Shown here in pieces: positions 19,591-28,053 of a stretch of DNA of 40,605 nt. Positions within the stretch are counted from its first letter, which is position 1. Each line of letters begins with the position of its first letter. The notes beneath the pieces were generated by a model. That model saw only the letters and a program-made list of their open reading frames with translations. It was not told where the DNA came from and did no database searches. The translations under genes and the position numbers were made by a program. The DNA is taken from assembly GCA_963647095.1 (NCBI GenBank), contig CAVIYC010000002.1:1-40605 (forward strand), written 5' to 3'. Source of the DNA: Oscillospiraceae bacterium. Its GTDB lineage: Bacteria; Bacillota_I; Bacilli_A; RFN20; CAG-826.

Positions 19591-20543
19591 TAGAAATTCA
19601 TCCAAGAATCGGGAACTTCTCCGCCTTCTTCGGTGGCTTTGATAAGCCCGGCAATCATCGGGGCGATGGAAATGACATCCACGCCTTCCACGCCTTTTTC
19701 TATGGAATTCGTGATGCAAACATGGGAAACGCCGGCTTCTTTGAGTTTTATTAAGGCATCGTTGGACAAAACGCCATGAGTGGCGGCCACGATCACGTCT
19801 TTGGCCCCTCTGTCATACAAAGCTTTGGTTGAGGCGATTATCGTTCCGCCGGTATCGATGATATCGTCGATTATTATGCAAATTTGGCCTTTGATGTTAC
19901 CGATTACGTTAACCACTTCCGCAGTGTTGGGGGCAGGGCGCCTCTTATCGATGATGGCCAATGACGAATTGGGAATTTCAGAAGCCAAGTCTCTGGCGCG
20001 ATGCAAGGAGCCGTGGTCGGGGGAAACTACCGTGACGTCGGTGTAATTCACTTCTTTGTCCCAAAGCATTTTCCTGAAGTATTCGCCAAATAACGGGGTA
20101 GGAGACAAATCATCGACCGTGCAGCTGAAGAACCCTTCGGTTTGAGGGGTGTGAAGGTCAACCGTAATGAAGTGATCAACGCCAGCGTTAGCGTACAAAT
20201 TGGCGATCAATTTGGCGGACAAAGGTTCGCCCGCTCTAGCGATTCTGTCTTGGCGGCAAAAGCCAAAATATGGGGAAACCAACACGATTTCCTTGGCTTT
20301 GGCGTTCCTTAAGCCATCGATGAAGATCAACAATTCCATTATTCTTTCCGCAACCGGAGTGGACGTTGAATTGATGATATAAACGGTCTTTCCCCTTACC
20401 GGAACCAATGGCCTAGCCATGACTTCGCCATCCGCGAAATGCTTAACTTCTGAGGGCGATATTTCGATGCCGAGTATTTCCGCAACCTCGGCTGCCAAGT
20501 TCGGGTTGGCGGTCAATTTAAATAAAACGACGTTTTTGTTCAT
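19587..20543 (-). CDS. prs: Ribose-phosphate pyrophosphokinase (PRPP synthetase)
   Basis: 318 aa. VDLHTPQTEGFF and the PRPP-binding loop ICIIIDDIIDTGGTI. Confidence 0.96.
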   Translation of the reverse strand: MNKNVVLFKLTANPNLAAEVAEILGIEISPSEVKHFADGEVMARPLVPVRGKTVYIINSTSTPVAERIMELLIFIDGLRNAKAKEIVLVSPYFGFCRQDRIARAGEPLSAKLIANLYANAGVDHFITVDLHTPQTEGFFSCTVDDLSPTPLFGEYFRKMLWDKEVNYTDVTVVSPDHGSLHRARDLASEIPNSSLAIIDKRRPAPNTAEVVNVIGNIKGQICIIIDDIIDTGGTIIASTKALYDRGAKDVIVAATHGVLSNDALIKLKEAGVSHVCITNSIEKGVEGVDVISIAPMIAGLIKATEEGGEVPDSWMNFY

Positions 20544-20634
20544 ATTGTTTCCTGCTCAATATTTTATAACAAAATATTATGTTTGTTTACACGCGCATGA
20601 ACACGCTTTCTTATTATCGTTTAATCTTTGGCTG

Positions 20635-20662
20635 TTGGCAAAATGATTGGGATAGTTATAAT
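20635..20662 (+). promoter_or_regulatory. Promoter of the P-loop kinase gene (near-leaderless geometry)
   Basis: TTGGCA (20635-20640), 16-nt spacer, TATAAT (20657-20662). The ATG at 20671 lies only 8 nt after the -10, and no SD is present in that gap. Confidence 0.55.
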
Positions 20663-20670
20663 TATTGCCT

Positions 20671-21174
20671 ATGAAAACTATGATTCTCTTAAGTGCGATC
20701 CCCGGAAGCGGCAAGTCCACCTGGTCTAGGCGCTTCGTGGAAAAGCACCCGAATACCGTCATTATTTCCAGCGATGAGCTTCGTTTGGAATTGTTCGGAG
20801 CGGTCAACAATTTCGACCACGAAAAGGAAATTTGGATTACCTTCGTCGAACGTTTGAACAAAGCTTCCGAAGAAGATGACGTCTACGCCATCGGAGACGC
20901 CACGAACTTGAAAAACATCCACCGAGCCTTCTATGCCAAAAGCACCCCGGGCTTCGACAAACACATCTTGGTAATCTTCAAGATCGACCCGGAAATATCC
21001 AAGAAGCAAAACAAGCAAAGAGATCCGAGCCGAATCGTCCCAGATTACGCGATGGAACGCTCGATCGCCGAATACGAAGAGCCAAACGAAGAAGTCAAAT
21101 CCTTGTTCGACAAGATAATCTACATCACCGAAAAAGAATTATACGGGCCGAACCCCGAAGACATCGACATATGA
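20671..21174 (+). CDS. P-loop kinase, AAA_33 / polynucleotide-kinase-like family
   Basis: Walker A LLSAIPGSGKST, then ISSDELR and a DATN motif, as in the kinase domains of PNK/Zeta-like P-loop kinases. The ORF-track start at 20665 is a TTG; the ATG at 20671 is preferred. Substrate unknown. Confidence 0.7.
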   Translation: MKTMILLSAIPGSGKSTWSRRFVEKHPNTVIISSDELRLELFGAVNNFDHEKEIWITFVERLNKASEEDDVYAIGDATNLKNIHRAFYAKSTPGFDKHILVIFKIDPEISKKQNKQRDPSRIVPDYAMERSIAEYEEPNEEVKSLFDKIIYITEKELYGPNPEDIDI

Positions 21175-21209
21175 AAAATGGATGGGCAATTCCCATCCAT
21201 TTTATTTTT
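21175..21209. terminator. Bidirectional intrinsic terminator between convergent genes
   Basis: AAAA-ATGGATGGG-caatt-CCCATCCAT-TTTTATTTTT. 9-bp GC-containing stem flanked by an A-run and a T-run. Confidence 0.85.
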
Positions 21210-21217
21210 CTTAACGC

Positions 21218-22171
21218 TTATTCGGAGATTTTCTTTTTGAAGATTTTTCCGGTTCCGTGCATGCTGGCGAAGACGATGGAACCGATCAACAAGATGCCAC
21301 CGAGCACCAAGCAGATGATGGCATAGGCGTCTCCGGAAGCCGGAAGCTTGAGCTCAATGCCTTCCAAGTGGTAGTTCTTGACGGTTCCGCTGGCGTTGCC
21401 GAAGACAAGTCCGATGACTCCGTCGGCGATGTAGCAAAGGGAGATCAAGAATATCGATAAAGAAGCGAAATATCCGGATAATTTCTTGGCCAAATCTCCG
21501 CCTTTCTTAAGGAGAACGCCGGAGGCGATCAACAAAGCGGCGCAGGCGATATAAACGATGAAGAATGCCAATAATTGCCTATTGATTACGTGAGACCAGG
21601 CAACGATTCCCTGAGACCAAGAACCAGCCAAGGTTCCCAAAGTAACGATGGCAGCCCAAACAAAGAAGATGCCGGCAGCCCAGGATAAGGAAGCCAAAAG
21701 CGGGGTTTGGTCTTTGTTGTCATAAAGTTTGACCATGGGAATGTTGGTAGCGATCATCAAGCCGATGAACAAAATGATCATGGCGGCAATCAAGAATCCC
21801 AAGCCTTTTTCAGATCCGCCGCGGATGGCATCGAAATAAACAACGCCATTCAACAAGCAGAAGATAGCGGCGATATAGCCTTCGGCGATGAAGGCATTGA
21901 AGGATTTGATGACCGGAGCGTCATCTTTCGGATTTTGCAAAGCTTTGATGCCGTGAACCAATCCATAAACGGAAATGGTGGCGAGCGTTAATCCCACGAT
22001 TCCCAATTCGGAATAAAGGTTGTACGGGGCCGAGACGGTCTCGAGCCTGCTGTTGCTGAAATAGCAAGGGGCGACGGCCAAGCCGAAATAGACGCCAAGG
22101 GCGCCAAAAGCCAAGAAGATCAAAGCATGGAAGATCACGCTTATCGTTCTGGAGGTGTTGGAATACTTCAT
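21218..22171 (-). CDS. Polytopic membrane protein of unknown function
   Basis: 317 aa with about 9-10 hydrophobic segments. No recognisable catalytic motif. GGAG SD upstream. Confidence 0.7.
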   Translation of the reverse strand: MKYSNTSRTISVIFHALIFLAFGALGVYFGLAVAPCYFSNSRLETVSAPYNLYSELGIVGLTLATISVYGLVHGIKALQNPKDDAPVIKSFNAFIAEGYIAAIFCLLNGVVYFDAIRGGSEKGLGFLIAAMIILFIGLMIATNIPMVKLYDNKDQTPLLASLSWAAGIFFVWAAIVTLGTLAGSWSQGIVAWSHVINRQLLAFFIVYIACAALLIASGVLLKKGGDLAKKLSGYFASLSIFLISLCYIADGVIGLVFGNASGTVKNYHLEGIELKLPASGDAYAIICLVLGGILLIGSIVFASMHGTGKIFKKKISE

Positions 22172-22236
22172 ATGACTCTCCTAAACCAAGATAATCCCGC
22201 GATTTCAAAAACGAATATCAGCAGAGAAACGAAAAA

Positions 22237-22264
22237 ATTATATCTATCTTTCCAAGATAGTCAA
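22237..22264 (-). promoter_or_regulatory. Promoter of the unknown membrane protein gene, with palindrome in the spacer
   Basis: Minus strand: TTGACT (22259-22264), 16-nt spacer, TATAAT (22237-22242). The spacer contains TATCTT-gga-AAGATA. Confidence 0.6.
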
Positions 22265-22285
22265 CTAGACCAAGAAATCTCTCGC

Positions 22286-23419
22286 TCATATAGAGCGACA
22301 AACCACTATTGATGCAACTAGGCACCAAGTGAGATTAAAGCCACCGCAGAGACCGTCGAAATCCAATATCTCACCGGCGAAATAAACGTTTTTTTCTTTT
22401 TTGGAAGATAGGTCAGAATTCAAACAATCGCCCGCTATTCCTCCGATGCTGACTTGGCTATCTTCAAAGCCATAAGAATCAGAATATGCGTAAATCAAAT
22501 CATGCACGGCTTTGTCAAAACCAATACCGCGTGATTTAGCTTGATAAAGAACTTCGGAATACAAAGAAGAATCAAGAACCGCTTCGTTTTGGATAGATTC
22601 GGACAAATATTTCGAAACATCGACATTGGGGAACAAATCGATATGAATCAGAGGTCTATTCAGTTTGAGCCATTTGATCTTGCTGGAGATGTTCATGACG
22701 CAAATTCCGGAAATGCCGTCTTTCTTGTAGAGATATTCGCCTTGCTCAGAATAAACGATCGGACCGTATCCATCCGTCAAAGTCAAAAGGCCTTTATGAC
22801 GAACGCCAACAAGCGGTTTGATAATCCTTTCCTTGGTTTTGATAGGCGTTAATCCAGGCTGAAAATCATTTATGACATAGCCTTTGTTCTTCAAAGCCGC
22901 AATCAAAGAGCCGTCACTTCCAAGTTTAGGTGAGGAAACGCCTCCGTTGGTTATTATCAGCTTGTCGCAAGCCTTCGTCCTCCTAGAGGTTTCGACAATT
23001 ATTTTGTCGCCTTCGTGACGGTAATCGGAAACCACGGTATCCAGAGTGATAACGACATTGTTTTTCTTTAGTTTCTTTTCTAATTCGTTGACAAAACTTG
23101 GAGCATTATAAGAAAGTGGGTAATATAAGCTTCCAATCTTAACTAAAGGCACGTTCCAAGATTCGTATTGTTTGACCAAATCATCGATAGAAAAAGACTT
23201 AAGTATTTGCGAATATAAATCGGAATTCGGCTTATATGACGTTAAATCAAGGTTGTCGTTAAGCAAATTGGCATGTCCGTTGCCAGTAGCCCTCAATTTG
23301 CGTCCCAATTTGGATTCTTTTTCGATAATTTCTATCGATACATCCTTATTGTTTTCGCTTAGGTACAACGCGGAGAATATCCCTGCTGCCCCGCCACCGA
23401 TGATTATTATCTTCTTCAT
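22286..23419 (-). CDS. HI0933/BaiN-like FAD-dependent oxidoreductase
   Basis: 377 aa. N-terminal dinucleotide fold KIIIIGGGAAGIFSALYL, RATGNGHANL, and C-terminal YFAGEILDFDGLCGGFNLTW, typical of the HI0933-like flavoprotein family. Confidence 0.8.
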   Translation of the reverse strand: MKKIIIIGGGAAGIFSALYLSENNKDVSIEIIEKESKLGRKLRATGNGHANLLNDNLDLTSYKPNSDLYSQILKSFSIDDLVKQYESWNVPLVKIGSLYYPLSYNAPSFVNELEKKLKKNNVVITLDTVVSDYRHEGDKIIVETSRRTKACDKLIITNGGVSSPKLGSDGSLIAALKNKGYVINDFQPGLTPIKTKERIIKPLVGVRHKGLLTLTDGYGPIVYSEQGEYLYKKDGISGICVMNISSKIKWLKLNRPLIHIDLFPNVDVSKYLSESIQNEAVLDSSLYSEVLYQAKSRGIGFDKAVHDLIYAYSDSYGFEDSQVSIGGIAGDCLNSDLSSKKEKNVYFAGEILDFDGLCGGFNLTWCLVASIVVCRSI

Positions 23420-23437
23420 ATTGATATATTGACGATA

Positions 23438-24031
23438 TTATTCTTTCTTTTCGACATCGATTTGTTCTTCGACTACCGCTTCCTTTTTCGGCTCCTTGAA
23501 AATGATGAATTTCCTAGTCAGATAGTTATAGACGAGAACGATGAGGGTCTTTAATCCGAACATTATGAAGTAAAGCCAGAAGGAGAGGCCGCCTTCGCTA
23601 AACAAATTTCCCCAAATATTCTCATCGAACGGGTTGATTGGATAAGAAATTCCCCAAGCGACGTTGCAAATGTATTCGCCAAGCACCATTAAGCCGGTTC
23701 CCAAAGCAAAACCGCCGACGGAAAGGCCGATGAAACCCCAAACATATTTGGCTTTGTTGTAATTCTTTTCTTTGTCGACGTTCTGGAAAACCCAAAGTTT
23801 GGACATGAACCAATTGACGACCAAAGAGACCAAGAATCCGGCCGTAACGCATATTGCCGTGGCCACATAATGAAGATTTGGGTTTATGAACGCCCCGCTT
23901 GCGTCAGTGGCGTTCCAGTTGTTTTTGAAGGCGAACCTCAAAACATAAGAAACGACAAAGTCGACAATCGTGGCAACTACACCCGTAACCGCGAACCTGA
24001 GAATTTCATATAAACGGCTTTTCTTGTTCAT
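23438..24031 (-). CDS. GtrA-like membrane protein
   Basis: Start placed at the ATG at 24029-24031 (MNKKSRLYEILRFAVTGVVATIVDFVV...), preceded by AAGGGG. GtrA-type N-terminal motif plus 4 TM segments. A longer ORF start would overlap nadE. Confidence 0.7.
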   Translation of the reverse strand: MNKKSRLYEILRFAVTGVVATIVDFVVSYVLRFAFKNNWNATDASGAFINPNLHYVATAICVTAGFLVSLVVNWFMSKLWVFQNVDKEKNYNKAKYVWGFIGLSVGGFALGTGLMVLGEYICNVAWGISYPINPFDENIWGNLFSEGGLSFWLYFIMFGLKTLIVLVYNYLTRKFIIFKEPKKEAVVEEQIDVEKKE

Positions 24032-24039
24032 AAAACCCC

Positions 24040-26163
24040 TTAAAGCGATCGTATCTCCGCTAAATAATCTTCTGCCGAGGCATCGGAAGGCATTCTCCAA
24101 TCACCTCTCGGAGAAACGCTGGCTGAGGTAATTTTGGGTCCATCAGGCAAACAGCTTCTCTTGAATTGGTTTCGGAAGAACCTCGTGAAGAAGTTCTCCA
24201 ACCATCCCTTGATTATTTCTGCAGTATATATACCTTCAAACGCTTCTAAAGCCAAGAAATATATTTTCTTGGGGCTAAAGCCATTCACCAAGAAATGATA
24301 GAGGAAGAAATCATTCAAAGGATAAGGCCCGACAACGTCTTCCGTAATTTGAGTAATGCCTTCTTTTCCTTTTGGCGGCAATAATTCAGGGGAAATCGGA
24401 GTGGCTGAAATATCATTCAGAGATTCAGCGGTTATCGGATAAATCTCGGCATAGGCTTCAACCAAATACCTAACTAAGGTCTTTGGGATGGAAGCGTTGA
24501 CGCCATACATCGACATATGATCGCCATTATAGGTGCACCAGCCCAAACAGAGTTCGGACAAATCGCCCGTACCAACCATCAAACCGCCTCTTTCGTTGGC
24601 GATATCCATCAATACCATGGTTCTCATTCTGGCTTGGGCGTTTTCGTAAGCCAAATCATGTAGCTCTGGATCGTGTTTGGTGTCCTTGAAATGAGAAAGG
24701 ACGCTGTCTTTTATGTTTATTTCGTCGAAATCAACGCCTAGCGCATCGGCTAACTTAACGGCGTTGTCATGAGTTCTCTTTGAGGTGCCAAAGGCTGGCA
24801 ACGTAATGGCGTGGACGCCTTTCAAATCCCAACCGGCCTTTTTGAAGGCCTCGACGGCCACCAACAAAGCCAAGGTGGAATCAAGCCCGCCGGACAAACC
24901 GATATATACGGATTTGGTTTTTACGGTTTCAAGTCGTTTTAATAAGGAAACGGCCTGCATATCGATGATGTATTTGGCTGCTTTCAAATCTTTTTTCTCA
25001 TTTTCTTTGGTTGGCAAAAAAGGAGAACGATCGACCTTCCTATTCAATTTGGAAGGTTTTTCCAAAGGCATGGAGAACCCGATTAAGCGGAAACTTTCGT
25101 CGATTTTGTGATCGAAGGTCCCCGTTTTGCGGCGTTTGGTCAAAATCCTGTCAATGTCAACGTCCGCGGTTGCCGCGCCTTCGGAGAACAATTCGCTTTC
25201 CGAAAGCAAATCCCCATCCTCGCAAATCAGATTGTGTCCCGAGAATATCAAATCCGTGGTGGATTCGCTTCTTCCCGAGCAAGCGTATGCATAGGCGCAC
25301 ACATCCTTTTTGGAAGTGACTTTTATAAGGTCGCGACGATAGTCTTGCTTACCGACGGTTTCGTTGGAGGAAGAAAGATTCAACATCAAAGTCGCGCCCG
25401 CCATCGAGAGAGAAAGATTTGGAGAATCTGGAACCCAGAGGTCCTCGCAAATCTCGATGCCAATCTTTAGTTTTTCATAGTTCTCGTCGACGAAAATTAA
25501 ATTTCTTCCGAAAGGATATTCTTTGCCGGAAATAACGATGGACCCCTCTCTATCGAAGCCGGACTTGAAATAACGCTTCTCGTAGAATTCGTTATAGTTT
25601 GGAATATAGGATTTAGGAACAACACCCAAAACCTTTCCGTCATAGCAAGCTACAGCGCAATTATATAAGTGGTTTTCTTTTGCTATAGGCGCTCCAAAAG
25701 CCACAAAAACATGTAGGTCCTCGGTTGATTTGGCAATTTCATCGATTCCGCACATCACGTCTTTGTGCATCTTTTCGTTCAAGAAAAGGTCGCCACAGGT
25801 ATAACCGGTCAAAGAAAGCTCAGGCAAAACCAAAACTTTGACTTTTTCTTTGTCCGCTTCTTTGATTGCTTTTTTTATTTCCTTGATGTTTTCTCTTATT
25901 GAACCGACATGAACGTTAAGCGAGGATGCTTTGACGCGCACAAAGCCTAAAGGCTCGCTTTGTTCCTTCAAGGAATATAGCGATTCGAGCGACTTGTTGG
26001 CTTTTCTATGCGTTTCCGGCTTCAAGGATTCGTATTGATCCATGGTCATAATTACCCAATGGCCAGATCCGTTCTTAGTGATGTAAATCGGCTCATCAGA
26101 TTTAGACAAATCTTTCTCTAATTGATTGGTATTTCTCAAACAAGTAATGGGTTCTATTTTCAT
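24040..26163 (-). CDS. nadE: Glutamine-dependent NAD+ synthetase with N-terminal Phd/YefM-like domain
   Basis: 707 aa. Residues ~72-350 are a CN-hydrolase domain (LPELSLTGY, IGIEICEDLW). The C-terminal half is the NAD synthase domain (GLSGGLDSTLALLV). Residues 1-50, MKIEPITCLRNTNQLEKDLSKSDEPIYITKNGSGHWVIMTMDQYESL, resemble Phd/YefM antitoxins. Confidence 0.9.
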   Translation of the reverse strand: MKIEPITCLRNTNQLEKDLSKSDEPIYITKNGSGHWVIMTMDQYESLKPETHRKANKSLESLYSLKEQSEPLGFVRVKASSLNVHVGSIRENIKEIKKAIKEADKEKVKVLVLPELSLTGYTCGDLFLNEKMHKDVMCGIDEIAKSTEDLHVFVAFGAPIAKENHLYNCAVACYDGKVLGVVPKSYIPNYNEFYEKRYFKSGFDREGSIVISGKEYPFGRNLIFVDENYEKLKIGIEICEDLWVPDSPNLSLSMAGATLMLNLSSSNETVGKQDYRRDLIKVTSKKDVCAYAYACSGRSESTTDLIFSGHNLICEDGDLLSESELFSEGAATADVDIDRILTKRRKTGTFDHKIDESFRLIGFSMPLEKPSKLNRKVDRSPFLPTKENEKKDLKAAKYIIDMQAVSLLKRLETVKTKSVYIGLSGGLDSTLALLVAVEAFKKAGWDLKGVHAITLPAFGTSKRTHDNAVKLADALGVDFDEINIKDSVLSHFKDTKHDPELHDLAYENAQARMRTMVLMDIANERGGLMVGTGDLSELCLGWCTYNGDHMSMYGVNASIPKTLVRYLVEAYAEIYPITAESLNDISATPISPELLPPKGKEGITQITEDVVGPYPLNDFFLYHFLVNGFSPKKIYFLALEAFEGIYTAEIIKGWLENFFTRFFRNQFKRSCLPDGPKITSASVSPRGDWRMPSDASAEDYLAEIRSL

Positions 26164-26194
26164 AATGTCATAATTCTACCATTATTTTGTCACT

Positions 26195-26223
26195 ACAATA
26201 AGAAATATAAACTGAGCTATAAT
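26195..26223 (+). promoter_or_regulatory. Possible promoter of the RimK-like gene (leaderless geometry)
   Basis: TATAAT at 26218-26223, only 6 nt before the ATG at 26230. Weak -35 (ACAATA, 17-nt spacer). No SD. Confidence 0.35.
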
Positions 26224-26229
26224 CTTGCC

Positions 26230-27105
26230 ATGTCAAAAGCCACCGCGATCGTTAATGGATATGTCCTATTGGAAGGATTGGATAACTTCTACCAGAGAAT
26301 GAAGGAAGAATTATCCGTTTTTGGCGTTGATTTGGAACTTAAAACCACCACCGATTTGCTTTCTTATATCGATTCGAACGGAATAATTAGATTAAAAGAA
26401 GATTTAGGCGACTTTGTTTTGTTTTTGGACAAAGACAAATATCTTTCCGCCTTATTGGAAAAAGCAGGGGTCCGCTTATACAACCGCTCCGAATCAATAC
26501 GCCTCTGCGACGATAAAATGGTGACATATATAGCTTTGTTAAATTCCGGCATAAAAATGCCAAAAACCATCGGTTCCCCACTAAATTATTTCAATTCAGA
26601 CGATTCCAAGTTCTTGAATGTCATAGAAAAAGAATTCGAATATCCTTTGATTGCCAAAAGAGCCTACGGTTCGATGGGCGCGGGGGTGTTCTTACTAAAA
26701 AACCACGATGAACTGCAATCTTTCACGAAAGAAAACAAAGGCAATCCAACCTTGTTCCAAGAATTTATCGAATCTTCCAAAGGCGTCGATTATCGAATAA
26801 TAGTCATTGGCGGAAAGGCTGTCGGAGCGATGAAAAGAAGCAATCCGAACGATTTCCGTTCGAATATCGCGCTTGGCGGAACCGCCGAAGCAATACAATT
26901 GAACGAAAATTATCTCAAACTGGCAGAAAAAGCCGCGAAGATTTTGAATTTGGATTATTGCGGAGTGGATGTCTTGATCGGAAAAGACAAGGAGCCCATC
27001 CTTTGCGAAGTTAACAGCAACGCCTTCATAAAAGGCTTCGAGCATTATACCGGCATCAACGTGGCCAAAGCCTATGCCGAATATATCGTTTCTAAGCAAA
27101 AATAA
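26230..27105 (+). CDS. RimK-family ATP-grasp ligase (alpha-L-glutamate ligase-like)
   Basis: 291 aa from the ATG at 26230 (MSKATAIVNGY...). ATP-grasp motifs PLIAKRAYGSMGAGVFLL, DYRIIVIGGKAVGAMKR and LDYCGVDVL...EVNSNA. Confidence 0.8.
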   Translation: MSKATAIVNGYVLLEGLDNFYQRMKEELSVFGVDLELKTTTDLLSYIDSNGIIRLKEDLGDFVLFLDKDKYLSALLEKAGVRLYNRSESIRLCDDKMVTYIALLNSGIKMPKTIGSPLNYFNSDDSKFLNVIEKEFEYPLIAKRAYGSMGAGVFLLKNHDELQSFTKENKGNPTLFQEFIESSKGVDYRIIVIGGKAVGAMKRSNPNDFRSNIALGGTAEAIQLNENYLKLAEKAAKILNLDYCGVDVLIGKDKEPILCEVNSNAFIKGFEHYTGINVAKAYAEYIVSKQK

Positions 27106-27150
27106 AAAATCTCGTGTAGTTGGGACTTATCAATAAGCGAGATTTTTTAT
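27104..27150. terminator. Bidirectional terminator between the RimK-like gene and mscL
   Basis: AAAAAATCTCG...CGAGATTTTTT, 11-bp arms including A/T runs, with a 23-nt partly self-paired loop. Sits between two convergent stop codons. Confidence 0.6.
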
Positions 27151-27159
27151 TGACGTTTT

Positions 27160-27828
27160 TTATTCGGCTTTTTTATCTTCGGCCTCAACTTCTTCTTTAG
27201 CCTTTTCGTGCGCTATGCTTTCTTTGATTTTTTCAGCGGCTTCAGCGGTTTTGGTACGGATTCCGTTCACGATTTTCAAAACCGTGAACAAGACAATCGC
27301 GATGATTAGGAAGCTGATGACGGCATTGATAATGGCGCCCCAATTGATGATGGCGGCACCGCTATAAACGTATGTCGTTCCATATAAATTATAGGAATTG
27401 AGCATCTGGGTTTGGTAATCCAAGAAGGTGGCGTCTCCGCTCGTGATGGTGATTCCATAAGTGCTCAAAGCGTATTGTTCGGTCACTTTGACGATGTCTA
27501 CGGTGCTGAAGGATTGGCCAACTCCGGCAAGTCCTTGTTGAGCGGCATTGGCGGCCGGCAAGACCGTAATCAATCCGCTGATTCCACCAGGAACGCCCCA
27601 AGTGCAAACGCTCATCAAAACGTTGACCACGGAGGTGACGATCGCGCTGAATGCGCCGCCGATAACCACGCCAACAGCCATATCAATGACATTTCCGCGG
27701 CTGATGAATTTCTTGAATTCGCCCCAAAGGCCTTTGATCTTATTTTCGGCTTTTTTCACATTTTCTTTTTCTTTTTTGGCCTTTTCGGCTTTTGCTTCCT
27801 TGGTTTTGGATTCCTTTTCTTTTGACAT
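27160..27828 (-). CDS. mscL: Large-conductance mechanosensitive channel MscL (long-loop variant)
   Basis: Start at the ATG at 27826-27828 (MSKEKESK...), preceded by AGGGAGAG. Signature FKKFISRGNVIDMAVGVVIGGAFSAIVTSVV (TM1) and a second TM INAVISFLIIAIVLF. The inter-TM loop and both tails are much longer than in classical ~130-150-aa MscL. Confidence 0.85.
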   Translation of the reverse strand: MSKEKESKTKEAKAEKAKKEKENVKKAENKIKGLWGEFKKFISRGNVIDMAVGVVIGGAFSAIVTSVVNVLMSVCTWGVPGGISGLITVLPAANAAQQGLAGVGQSFSTVDIVKVTEQYALSTYGITITSGDATFLDYQTQMLNSYNLYGTTYVYSGAAIINWGAIINAVISFLIIAIVLFTVLKIVNGIRTKTAEAAEKIKESIAHEKAKEEVEAEDKKAE

Positions 27829-28005
27829 AAAACTCTCCCTCAAAATCGATAATAGTAAGGAAAGCCCATAAACGCAATAACAACGATTATTAGAGACAAA
27901 TTTTCTTTCAAAACGCCTTTTTGCGATAATTCCTATACTTTGTTTTGCTATTTTGGACAATGTATATTTTTGAAGAAAAATTCTTTGAAACTCAAGGCCG
28001 TTTTA

Positions 28006-28053
28006 GCGTGCCTATGAAAACATATAGAAAGGCCGTTCTTTTCATATGCGTGC
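28006..28053 (+). other. Plus-strand-specific imperfect hairpin in the nrdD upstream region
   Basis: GCGTGCCTATGAAAA (28006-28020) pairs with TTTTCATATGCGTGC (28039-28053): 8 Watson-Crick bp, 1 mismatch, then 6 bp of which 2 are G-U. The G-U pairs only work on the + strand RNA. Flanked by a direct 9-mer repeat AAGGCCGTT at 27994 and 28029. Confidence 0.35.

Noticed and set aside
22282-22298. Hairpin TCGCTC-atata-GAGCGA at the end of the flavoprotein gene as a terminator
   Set aside because: It overlaps the stop codon, has only 6 bp, and is not followed by a U-run on the minus strand.
24032-24100. Longer start (24100) for the GtrA-like ORF
   Set aside because: It would overlap the nadE 3' end by 61 nt. 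The ATG at 24031 has an SD and begins the typical GtrA N-terminus.
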